In this document: positions 51,052 through 62,462 of the stretch, one piece after another
Layout: each line of letters begins with the position of its first letter
How positions within the stretch are numbered: the stretch's first letter is position 1
Source of the DNA: Trichodelitschia bisporula
Taxonomy: Eukaryota
DNA length: 64,000 nt
Direction of reading: 5' to 3'
Assembly: GCA_010356995.1 (NCBI GenBank)
Contig: ML996700.1
Location: forward strand, 62,001-126,000
Program-made: the position numbers and the translations under genes
The notes under the pieces: generated by a model
Databases searched by the model: none
Told to the model about the DNA's origin: nothing
Seen by the model: the letters and a program-made list of their open reading frames with translations, nothing else

Positions 51052-52728
51052 CTAGGCTGAGTATGCCGCCTCAGCCAGATAAATTACCCCAAAGATCAAG
51101 AAGGCAACTGCGCCACCAAGCGTCACTGTGACATATTAGCCTCGTCCACACACTGAAGGGATGTCCAGGAGACTCACCAACCCGCATGCTAACCCTACCG
51201 GCAATCGCGCGGCCTCCAATAACGGCACCCGCAGTACACATCCCATGCCCAATAATCGCACCTCCTGTAACCCACCAGTAATCCTGCCCCGCCGCCATCG
51301 CAATCGTCGCAATCTGGCTGCGGTCGCCCCATTCGCCAAGGAAGGTCATGATGAACGTCTGCACCCACGCCGGACTGAGCAACAGCGAGAGCAGATTATT
51401 CAGACCCGCAAGAGTGCCGGCGGCAGGTGTGCGGGCACCGCGTACCGGCGACTCGGACGGGCTGCGCGGCGCGGGCAGACGGGAGTCGGAGCGACTGCGA
51501 CGAGCGCGGCCGGCCTCGAGGGCGAAGGGGGAAACGTCGGAGAGACGGCGCGAGGCGCGGGCCGCGAGGTGTTCCTTCTCTTCGAGCTCCATTTCCACTT
51601 CCTTCATTTCTTCGCCGACGCCCTCGTCAGGGCTCATGGCGAGGCCTTCGCGCATCAACTTTGCGCCGAATACGAGGAACAGGATAGCAGCGGCGAAGTT
51701 GGTGAGGCGTTTCGGGAGTAGGGTGGGCACAGCGTGACCGAGGATGGCGGAGAGGACAGTCATGGTGATAAGGGCGGAGAAGGCGGCAGAGAATACGACC
51801 AGCCGCGGGTGGCGCATGGCCATCAGGGCAGCGACGAGGAAGGTTTTGTCGCCGATTTCGGAGAATATAATCATCGTGAAGGACAGGATGAGGGAGTGCA
51901 GGGGTTGAATGATGCCCTCCGGCTCCTCGCCCTCATCATCCGATTGTTCATCGTCATCGTCGTGGGTGCTCGGATGCTTGACCGCGGGCGCGGTGTCAGG
52001 GTTGGGGTGCGGGATGTTGTGCGGCTTGTCCGGGAGGTCGGCCGGTTTCTGCAGGAGTTAGCAGTGAAGTAGGAAGAGCCATTCGACCGACCGACCTCCA
52101 TCCCAATTGCGCCCTTCGGCTTTTCAACCTCCTCATTACTAACTACCTTCTCATTCCTTCCCTTCCCCTTGCCCTTCCGCAGCTTCGCCTCCTCGCTCAC
52201 CGGCAGCGGCGGTGCCTCCTTAGGCGCATCAGGCTTCTTCTCAATTTTACCACCGGCCTCCTTCTCCTTCGCCTTTCGATCGCGATCCTTCTCCGACACG
52301 CCGCCCTCCGTGCCCGTAGGTCCTCGCTTCGGCGCGTCGCGGTCACGGTCGTCCATGACGCTATCGGGGATATCATGCGGCGGCACCTCCCACTTGTCCT
52401 TAAGCACGCGTTCGCGCGAACTTCCGGCCACAGGTTTCTTCACACCGCCCAGATCTTCGACGGCGTTCGAGGGTTTTTTCTTGCCTTCCGAGCCCACGAA
52501 GGGTCCGGCATGAGGCTTGCCATCTAGACCATCGACCGGTGCGTCTTTGGTGCCGATTTCGTACTTGCTGCCCGAAGCTGACGAGGGTGCTGAAAGACGG
52601 GCAGCTGCGGTTTTGGTTGGCTTGAGTAAGTCTGGCTTCAGCTTGTCGCCTTCGATGGTGAGAGAAGCTGTAAGCGCGGGGAGGAGCAACAGAAGAAGCG
52701 GCACGTAAGGCCGTCTGCGAAAACGCAT
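51052..52728 (-). CDS. GDT1: GDT1/TMEM165 (UPF0016) Ca2+/Mn2+ transporter with long luminal N-terminus, 3 exons
   Basis: Two signature motifs (EIGDKTF and EWGDRSQ) and a signal peptide. Confidence 0.93.
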
Positions 52729-54250
52729 TGTGGAATGGTGTGTGGTAGGTGTGTGGGCGGAAAATGGGAGTGCGAGCGATTAGGGGCGAACGTCGACGTC
52801 GCCTTTCCTAGTCGTGGAGCGTGAATTGCCGCCCGCTTGTTGGAAGGTAAGAGGAACGTAGAGAAGGTGAATTGCAAACAGCACGATATGAACACTCGAT
52901 TCGAAGGAAGGACAATAAGTGTGTAGCGTGTCGTAGTGAGATCAGCCTAATGCTGAAGTGGAAAGAGGAGAGAGCACGAGAGTGAGATGTTGGACATACG
53001 GCTTATGCGCCTGTGCTCGCCTGAGGCACCACGCCCCTTAGCCTTGGCATCAACTACACTGCCACGAGCGGCGGCTTAAGGGGGGCGTGGGGTGTGGTGT
53101 GGCTAGTGGGGGCATGTTGCAGGGCCAGAGACTGGACGACAAACTATCTCCGCTCACCACCAACTGCGGCCACATCACCTCTTTCCTCTTTAGGCCTTCC
53201 AACCAACCCTTTAAATCGATTGTTGGCCTTGTCGTCCCCCTAAGCATCTCATCTCATCTAATTTCCGCTCGCCAATCCTTTGCATGTAAAAAGATCATCT
53301 AAAAGTGCAGCTGAAGCGGGGCAATATGAATCTCCAAGACGCAGATCAAATCGTTTCGAGGGAAGGGGGGCCCTGTGGGTGGATGATAATGATATCCTGT
53401 AAGCGTTGGCGAACATCCTCCCTCTACGGAGGTACATTCTCTCTTCTATCATAGTACATGAGGAAGATAGCTGGTACATATGTAGCACTTTAAACTGCGA
53501 GTCCCGGCCAGCGGTCCATTTTCGAACGAGACTATAGCCTCGTGGGCTTCTGATTGGCTGCCACGCACGCTCACAGACGTTCAACACCAAGTCCGCAACG
53601 GCGTCCATAGTAAACCACCCCACATGGCATCAACCATGGCTGTGACAGGTCGAATAGAGAGAGGAAGCACAGCTGCTGCTGCGAAACTCGGCGCGTCCAT
53701 GGCAGCGGAATATCGAAAAGCCTGCATCGTTGCGCAATTGCTCTCCCCGGTCCCCATCGCGCCTCCGTATCGCCACGCTTCCGGTCCAATACCGTCAGCA
53801 ATGTCCTAGTTCTACTCTGCTGCCCCTCACCTCTATCAATCCACAACGGCTACGCATACCCCACCTGGGGCTCAAAGTCCCTGCGTGCGCGAATCCTCAT
53901 GCCGCATTTCATGGGGGCGTCAACCTGTGCGCCGTTCGCATCCTCTGATAGGGCGTGCGCAGTGCATCGAGCTCCGAGATGCAAGCCGTTTGTTTTCGTG
54001 CTTCACTTGACATTGTGTTGGCGTAGTCCGCGTGGTCTCCAGCATCGCGAGCCCCGGTGCCGGCGGTTGGAGGGGTGGAGGGGCACAGGACGAGGAGCGG
54101 CGCGTGTTGTGCTCCCAACCACGATATAACTCCGAGACGGATCCGCCATCTCGGTGTGCGCTGCGTGTGTTCTTGCTCGCTCGCTTTCATCCGCTTCTTC
54201 CCCCTCTCTACCCGTCTTCACTCGTCTTCCACGAGTAGATTCTCTCCATC

Positions 54251-56853
54251 ATGGCTATTCTAGGCCTGGAGCAACTCGTGCAAGACCCACGCGCGCAGAT
54301 CGCCGTCGTCGGCGCCGTACTCGTGTTCTTCCTCGTCGCCGTCTTCGGCCTATCGTCTGTCGATGCCACCAAACTGAGTCTGCAGGAAACATTGGCAGCG
54401 TACGCCCGGTTCGTCTACGCCTGCTTTCTGAAGCCTCATAGTGGGGACGGCACTGGTTCGCAGCAGGATGCGCTTGAGAGCTTCTACAAGGCGCAGGCCG
54501 GCGTGTACGATACCACACGGTCGCGTCTGTTACATGGTCGTGAGGACATGCTGGGCCTCGCGGCGTCGCAGTTGAAGCAGATGAGTTTTGCGACGAAGCC
54601 CATCTGGATTGATGTAAGTGGTTCTTTCATCTTGTGACCAAATTGGACGAAAATATTGATAAATGGTAGATTGGTGGCGGTACGGGATGGAATATCGAAA
54701 AAATGGGCGACTACCTCCCCGTAAACGACTTCTTCCATGCAGTGTACGTCGTCGACCTCTCGACGTCACTGTGTGAGGTTGCCAGGGCGCGGTTCGCAAG
54801 GCTGGGCTGGGATCGTGTCAAGGTTGTCTGCCAAGATGCCAGATACTTCCGCCTCGAAGACTACGAGTCCAGCCTAACCGAGAAGTCAGCTGTGATAAAG
54901 CGGGGGAATGTGCTGTACGAGGCCGACGGCCCGGCCACGAAAGCCGACCTCATCACTATCAGCTATGCGCTGTCCATGATTCCCGAGTTCTACCCCGTGA
55001 TCGACTCGTTGGCAGCGCTACTGTCCCACAACGGGATCATCGGCGTCTGCGATTTTTACGTCCAAAGCCAGGTCGACTATCGCGCACGCAATTACACCGG
55101 CGGTGTGATCGACCGGCACTGCAGTTTCTGGAGCCGCGCCTTTTGGCGCACTTTCTTCGAAGTAGACCGCGTTAACCTGGAGGGTGCGCGACGGGACTAC
55201 CTCGAGTACCGCTTTGGGACCAAGCTGGCCATCAATGCGCGGAACCACATGTTCGGTGTCAGAATTCCGTATTACATCTGGATCGGATGTTCCAAAGATA
55301 GTCCAGCAATGGAAGGCAAGCTGGCTGAGTTGGACGCCGCAGCCACAGAGTCACCGTTTCTCGCAGCCTTGGATCTCCAATCGCAAAAGAGTCTCAAGCG
55401 CACCGAGTCGTTCGAGAACCGCTCCAAGGCGTACGAATCGGCAATCGTCAACTTGGCAGGCAAGCTTCCTTTGCCGTGTTTCTGGTACCAGAACCACCAC
55501 TGGCGGATATACTACGACGAATCGCTGCCGAAGCACCGCCAATTCAATGACGAGTACATATACGCCTTCACTTGGGAAGACAGCCGTGTGGACGCAAAAG
55601 TGCTGAATGTCAAGTCCGAAGACGTGATCCTCGCCATCACGAGCGCAGGTGACAACATTTTGTCCTTCGCCCTCGAAAGGCCAAAGCGCATCCACGCCGT
55701 GGACCTTAAGTAAGCTCTATTGCCCTCAACGCGAAGCCAAATTAACCTTACAGCCCCTCTCAAAATCACCTCTTAGAGCTCAAAGTGGCCGCGTTCACAG
55801 CTCTTCCCTATGTTGATGTGTGGAAGATGTTCGGCGAAGGCCGTCACGAGAACTTCCGCGAGCTCCTTATCACCAAGCTCAGCCCGCACATGAGCAGCCA
55901 TGCCTTCCAATACTGGCTGCAAAACGGGCCAAACGTTTTCGGTCATACGGGATTGTACTACACCGGTGGATCGCGGCACGCGCTTAAGCTGGTCGCACTG
56001 CTTTTCAAGACGATTGGTATGTCAGGCGAAGTGCGGCGCCTGTGTGAAGCGCAGACCCTAGCCGAGCAGCGTGAGATCTGGGCGCGCAGCATCCGGCGCG
56101 TACTACTGAGTCGCATCCTCAGTTGGACCGTTATCGGTAACGAGAAGTGGCTGTGGAAAGCACTTGGTGTGCCACCGAACCAGCGAAACATCATCGAGCA
56201 CGACTATACGTCGCAGGACGACGCAGGAGCGCCGCAGCGCGAGGGTCATGCCATCTGGGAGTACGTCGTCAATACGCTGGAACCCGTGGTTAACAACACG
56301 CTGCTGCGCGATGATAACCATTACTACCTACTGTGTCTGCAGGGTCGGTACTCGCGGCGCTGCCACGCTGACTACCTGCGGCCCAGCTCGCATGCGACAC
56401 TGTCCCATTCTTATGCGTTCGATGGCCTGCGCATTCACACCGATGAAATCAATGAGGTGATTGCGCGCATGAGCCCTGGCACGCTGACCATCGCCGTTGT
56501 CATGGATTCGATGGATTGGTTCGACCCGGAGGGCGTGGAGGCGGAAGTCCAAATCCGGGCGCTGAATCGGGCGCTGGCTCCAAGAGGCCGTGTTATGGTG
56601 CGCTCCTCCGGATTGCGGCCTTGGTACATCAAGAAATTTGAGGAAACAGGCTTCCAGTCGAAGTGTGTAGGCTCGAGAGTTCCCGGGGCGTGCATCGATC
56701 GGTAAGTGCTACTTGAGTGGCCTCGAAACGCACGCTGATTGTGACAGTGTTAACATGTATGCCTCGTGCTGGATTTTGACCAAGGTGAAGGAGTTATCAC
56801 CACTGGCCAAGCCCGCTGCAGGCATGGCTCCTTTGGATTTGGATAGGTCTTGA
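54251..56853 (+). CDS. BTA1: Betaine lipid (DGTS) synthase, fused BtaB/BtaA-type, 4 exons
   Basis: QQDALESFYKAQAGVYD, WID|GGGTGWNIE, YIYAFTWED, LAITSAGDN, MDSMDWF, IDR|VNMYAS. Confidence 0.92.
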
Positions 56854-57108
56854 TTTGCCAGTTGTGGCCGCTTGATTGTGCCTCTGCATAAACGCGTAGG
56901 CGCTTTACGTATGCCGCATCGTACATACCATGGAGGGGTGGGAGGTCGCGCGTGAGAATGCTTATATACCCTTATACCAAACTGGCTTTGTCTTGCGATC
57001 CTTGACTTCAAGAGCATATCGATTCTCCGGATGGGCATGCCGTGGTGACTCAGAAAATGCTATGGCAGCAAAATATGGTGCCGCCGCTCGGCGAAAGATT
57101 TTGCTACA

Positions 57109-57900
57109 CTATGCCCGCTTAGAGAGCCGCTCGGCTTCCAACTCCCTCTCCGCTTGCTGGTAGTATTTGGCAGTATCCACACCGTGCTATTCCAGGTTAG
57201 CCAAGAATGATGAGTAAGAGCCAGTGGTAGCACTGACTTGGTTGTGGTTGACAAAGTTAAACCATGGAACGATGTGCAAGAACAAGCTCGAGTACCGGGA
57301 GTTGCGCGCCGCTACGCCCTGCAAGTGCTCCGACAACTGGCTCTCGCCGTACAGCGGTTCACCCCTCTTCGCCTTATCAACCATCTCCCTCATGTCCATC
57401 TCGACCTCGCGCGCGTTCTCGTTGACGCCGTAGAAACGACCTGGGTGTGGCATCATTCGTCAGTATGAAGGTCGGTAAGTCGTAGGTGGTGGAAGGATAA
57501 CGCACTTGCCGAGCGCTCGTACATGAGCAAAAAACCAGCAGTCACACCAACGGCTACATTGAGTCGCATTATGGGTGCGAAGCCGCCACGGCCGACGTAG
57601 GACGGGGACACCTTCTCCATCAACAGCATGGCCAGCGGGCCGAGGGTCGCTGTGCCGGCACCGACCGCATAGTCAGACGGGCGAAAGTATCCCACGACAC
57701 GCTTAAAGTGACTGTGGGTAGTCAGTTAGCGGCGGGAAGAGATCGGAGGCAGCAGAGGAGCGTACGGGTCGTTGTCAATGAGCTGTCGTGCAAAGGGTCA
57801 TTTAGCATCGATTTGGCACCAATTGTACTTTGGGTAGACATACCGCATAGTCGCTCGTCGGCCGCCTCGTGGGCACAACGGCACGAGTCTGTGTAGCCAT
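57109..57900 (-). CDS. NADH:ubiquinone oxidoreductase 20.9/21-kDa accessory subunit (NUXM), 5 exons
   Basis: LIDNDPHFKRVVGYFRPSDY, RFYGVNENARE, PWFNFVNHNQHGVDTAKYY. Confidence 0.92.
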
Positions 57901-59930
57901 TGTGCACTTTGGAGATAGGTGTTGCGGGGAACGATCACAGATGGCCGGCGATGCTGCGGGTTTGGAGGTTTCGGCGGGATGATGCCCGTGCACGGGCCAC
58001 CACGTTGGGTCGGTACGGCCTAGGAGCCAATGTAATCCACGCCCGACTTCAGTATCATGTTCGCCAACGGACAGCAACTACAATAGAGCCCTGGGTAAGC
58101 TCTCTTTGACTATTGCAAAGCTTGTGAGTTTTTATTTTGCGCAATGAAGCTGTATTTACTCAAATCGTGCTTTAGCCAACGAAATAGTCCAGTGGTTTTC
58201 CTCCAGTACGAGCAAGTTGGCTATGAACCATGGTCACGTCTCATTGCCGATACATCCGTACACACATGCTATTTCACCCAGAGACCCTATCTGGGAGCTG
58301 TAGAAACGAGGGGCGCTCTTAGCAGCCATGAATTCCGGTTCCAGTCATCACCGTCTTCGGCTGTCTTTTCAACATGTACAGTGATAGAGAGATTCCCACC
58401 GGGGCGGATTCTTACAGTAGCCTCCACTCTACTAAGGATATCAGCATCAAAGGGCAAAGTCACTCGTCTGCCACAGCAACGGGCAGCCCTACACCGAAAT
58501 CTCCGGCTGTTACAAGGCGACCATGGGAATAACTACTACCTCGAGGACACTCAGATGCGCCTTGGCAGGTATAAAGAGCCTTTCTATTCTCGTACTCCGC
58601 TTTTACTTTGAGCAAGGCTCATGATTAGGTTAGCAATTACGAGGCTCCGAAGAGATGGTTAAGGTATCTCCCCTGAGGGTGGCCGCTTGCCGTGAGTGGC
58701 TGTTTGCATGAACCAAACGCCCGATCCGTGAGGCGCAGCTTGAAGATGAGGCGAAGCGCCAGCCCATCATCCACCGAGCCTGGCACTTTAATGCCGCCTA
58801 GTTTTTCGTGGCACCGAGTATAAATGCTCCCTCATGGCCTTTCAAATCTCATGAATGTCCGTGAGATCTTTCTGTTGGCGCAACTAATGCACATCATCTT
58901 CGTTTGCATCAAACGCTGGAACACCCTGCTATTGATCGATCTGTGTGGACGAAGCGCATGGAGTATGCAGCTTGCGACTGCATAGCTGATGCATATTGAC
59001 AGTTTGTACTCTATCTCCAAACCATCAAGTTCTATGTTTTTCTCTGGGTCTTGCATTAGCTGCTTGTTTATTTGTCCATGTAGAAGCGAAAGCTAAAATG
59101 CCTCGCGGCCATGGAGCTGCAATCTGGCTTAGTATTGACAAGCATCCGGCGTTCAACTGCCGCGGTCAAGGCAACAACCCCCCAACCGTCCAGGAAAGTC
59201 TTGGTCGCTTAAAAGCCACCAGACAACCACCACCCGGCAGTGTTTGAGACGGAGGAGCCACGAGACACATACAACACCACCCGCCTCTCTTCTCTCTCAA
59301 CTCCAACAACGACTTTGATTGAAGAAAAGGGTCCCCGACAATATGCAGGCACATCCCGCGACTCACCTACGGCTTCATGCCCTTTGAGAGGAAAAAAAAC
59401 GTCGACGTCAATCCGAACATCGCCTCTCCACCAAGGCTCCGCCGTGATCTTCAAATCTTCAAAGGAACCATTGCTGGAAAAGAAGACGGCATCCTTTACC
59501 GGTCAACTCTTGGTGTCATGCGCGCTTGCTTATAAAGCTGCATATATGCACGAAGCGAACAAGGGAATCTTACGATTGGCCTTTCACTGCAACCCACAGA
59601 CGCAAGACACGTCAATTTGAGGAGCAGCGCTAAGTAAGGGTTGGTGGAGAGCCGCAACCCACTGGAATCAGCCTACCTGCTCTTAGTGCCCAGCTGCCAG
59701 CTAGACTTTTTGTCACGATATCGTCCAGATCCAACGCGGGGCTTCGTTTAGCAGTCTTGTCAAGTCGGTTTCCCTTTGTTTGAGCTCTCCCTCTCACCAC
59801 CCCACATCCGCCGGCGGAACGAGGACGGCAGGCCGAACACTAGCGGGGTAGAAAAGCGTCGCGGCACAGCTGCGCAACCGTGGCCCTCAGGCAATGAAGA
59901 CCTCACAGCGGAGGTGAAAGAGCAGTTGTG

Positions 59931-61959
59931 ATGGCTCAGTCGCTCGCTCGCTCTGCTCAGGATGCCACTGAGGTTGCCGCTGGCCTGCAGATTTTCCTGG
60001 ATCACATTCCGCAGCACAACACCGACATCTACGAGTGCATTCAAGAGCTCATCGCGCTGGGAAATGCGTTCAGCTCACTTGAGATCGAGTTCCCCGAGTA
60101 CCATCGGCTTTCGTCTCGCATTGCAGAAGACGTCGATTTGGTGCTCCGCAGCTTCTATCTCACGCAGCTGCGCGTCCGGGGCATGTTCGGCGAGACGAGA
60201 TATGTCAAGTTTACCGGCGAGCGTCCGTACCGGAGGGCTTGGGAGGACCTCTCGGAGGAACTCAAGCGGAAGGAAAGGGGCCCGGGACTACTGTCCCGTC
60301 TGGAGACGTACAGTGTCTTCATGCAGGACATTATCTCCTCGCTAAAAGGGTATTCACTTGATCCCCAGAAAAACATCGGAAACACATTCTCAGACTCGTC
60401 CAGGCAGCGGATAGAGCCCGGAAGCATCCCCGCCAATCGTACCCGCATCACTCGTTTATTGGAGAGGCAGGAGGCCTTTGATGATCAGAGTGAGGAATTG
60501 TCATTCAGCCCAGTTGGTAAGACCTATGCCATCCGACAGTTCCACCACTACTATTGTACTCCCCGTCAACTGTCCCTATCTGGCGAGATAAAACTAAGCC
60601 GATACAGATCATCCCCAGCCCTTCCCTCAGCTTGGCCGCCCTCCGCTGGCGCACTTTCCAACCTTTCCTTTCCCAGGACCGAGCCCACAGCCCGGGTCTC
60701 CAGCATGGTCGGACGAGTGGGACAAGCGCTTCCCTCCAGCTCCCGACCCGCCGCACCCGTGGGCCCCGCAATCGCCCACCCTCTCTAACTCGTCCCAGCC
60801 AACAGTATCCTCCAGTCACACTATGTCCAGCCACTCCTCGGACAGCCACATTTCAGTCAACCACTGGGGAACGCAGGTTTTTGACGGCCGCCACGGACGG
60901 ACGCACTTTCAAACATTTGGCAAGCCGTACGTTGACGTTCCCTCCGTATCTACACCGGCTGACGTTCCATATAGAACGCGATACTACGGGCGCCCGGACC
61001 ACACTGTCCTCCATCATTTGGCAGCCGAGAACTTCATTGAGATCTGCAAATTGTACACTTCCGGAGTGATCATTTTGGTGCATTGTCTAACATTTTTCAG
61101 GCCTTTCGATGGCGCAACCATCTACGCCCGTTTCTATTGGCGCCCGTCGGACCATCGTGCGAGGCTCCTGCTCACCGCCGCTGACCTTTACAGCCAAGCG
61201 CTTCACTTTTGCATTCCACTCACGGCGCTCAAGCTCGTCCGAAATGGTTCCGTCTTGCAGTTGTACAGGCAGAATCGCGAAATCAATGAGCTCGAACTAT
61301 GGGCCAGTTTGAGCTTCACTATCTATGAAGGTAACCAACTGTCGAACTGTTAAAGGTCAACCACTAACTCTCTAAGAATTGGTTCTCTTCTACTGTACAT
61401 TTACCGCCATGAAGAGCCAGGACTGGAAGAAGTCGCTCCAGCAGCTGCAGGATTATTTCCATCAAATGAACCGTGGGGGTGAAGAGGAGCAATTTTCAGG
61501 GTAGGCCTATCGACCCCCCCCTCCTCCCCCCCCCCCCCCCCCCCCCCCCCCCCGCATGTTAACAAGGAATAGTCAAGTTGAAGATGGCTCGTACCTCCAT
61601 GCTCTGCGCCTCTACGTTGATAGCGACTGCGGCGGGGTGCGGCTCGAGGCCCGCGCACTCCGCGGACCCATGATAAAGACTCCCATCTGGACGGCCTTCA
61701 TTACGAACTACGTCGGCGCGACGAATTGGATTCGCCGGCTGGATGCCAAAACCGTGCAACTCAGGGCACTGCATCCATATGTGTTTTGCCACGGATATAG
61801 CCTGCCACGTAGCCAGTCTGGCCACTTCCAGCTGCGCTTCTCCGAAAAGGACGGTATGTTATACCTTGTCTAGCCGGAACGACTTCGCCGTACTAACGTG
61901 GCGCAGATTCGAAGAACTTCGTTGAGATCGTGAAGAATCTGAGGAGGGAGGTGGGATGA
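59931..61959 (+). CDS. Conserved Pezizomycotina hypothetical protein, ~8 exons
   Basis: Seven short introns give one frame: helical N-domain, Pro-rich linker, then HWGTQVF, ELVLFYCTFTAMKSQD, HALRLYVD, VRLEA, TPIWTAFIT. Confidence 0.75.
61514..61553. repeat. Intronic poly(C) tract (C8-T-C2-T-C28)
   Basis: Homopolymer inside intron 61501-61572. Confidence 0.9.
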
Positions 61960-62462
61960 ACGGCCTTTTCCGCGTCCCACCCTCATTATGCGTGCATGAT
62001 GCTTTCCATGACGCTTACGACTTGACGATGCCATGTGATGACCCGTTTACGACTGTGATGCCGGCATAGAGAAATATCCTTTGGCTCTTTTTGAAGATAC
62101 CCATCTTATTGTGCAATATAGGCGAGCGAAAAGGTTGGGCATATATTCACCTCAATCCAAATTGTTGATAGATGGTTCTTTTGTCCCAAACACTCAGCTC
62201 AGGCGTGTCATCATACTGTACTGCTGCCTGTGCTTAGAGTTCGCCTTTCCAGGAAGGGTTCCTTCAAGTCGCTTCTCGGGATGGCTGCGCTCTTAAGTAT
62301 GACCTTCAAAGACTGCCAGGCGCAGAACGAAGGCTAAATATCAGTCCGCAATATTTTCACGTGGCACCGAGAGCTAGTAGTTTTAGACAGAAGACTAGCC
62401 GTTGGCATAGGCAAGGCTATCAAAGTATGTAGATACCAATGTTTGAGACAACAGTCCCATCT

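Noticed and set aside
8327..52728. Membrane-trafficking gene cluster (AP-2 alpha, ATG11, VPS35, KES1, GDT1)
   Set aside because: The genes are dispersed among unrelated ones and the functional class is large, so co-occurrence is unremarkable.
52729..54250. Pho4/NUC-1 CACGTG sites expected upstream of phosphate-regulated BTA1
   Set aside because: I found none by eye in the GDT1-BTA1 intergenic region, so I make no regulatory call.
59192..59440. GGAAAGTCTTGG...CCAAGGCT resembling RNase P/MRP helix P4
   Set aside because: The flanking conserved regions and closing helices are not evident, so the 8-bp match is probably coincidental.
62269..62279. TCGCTTCTCGG resembling the U2 snRNA 5' end
   Set aside because: The following sequence lacks the branch-recognition and Sm elements.
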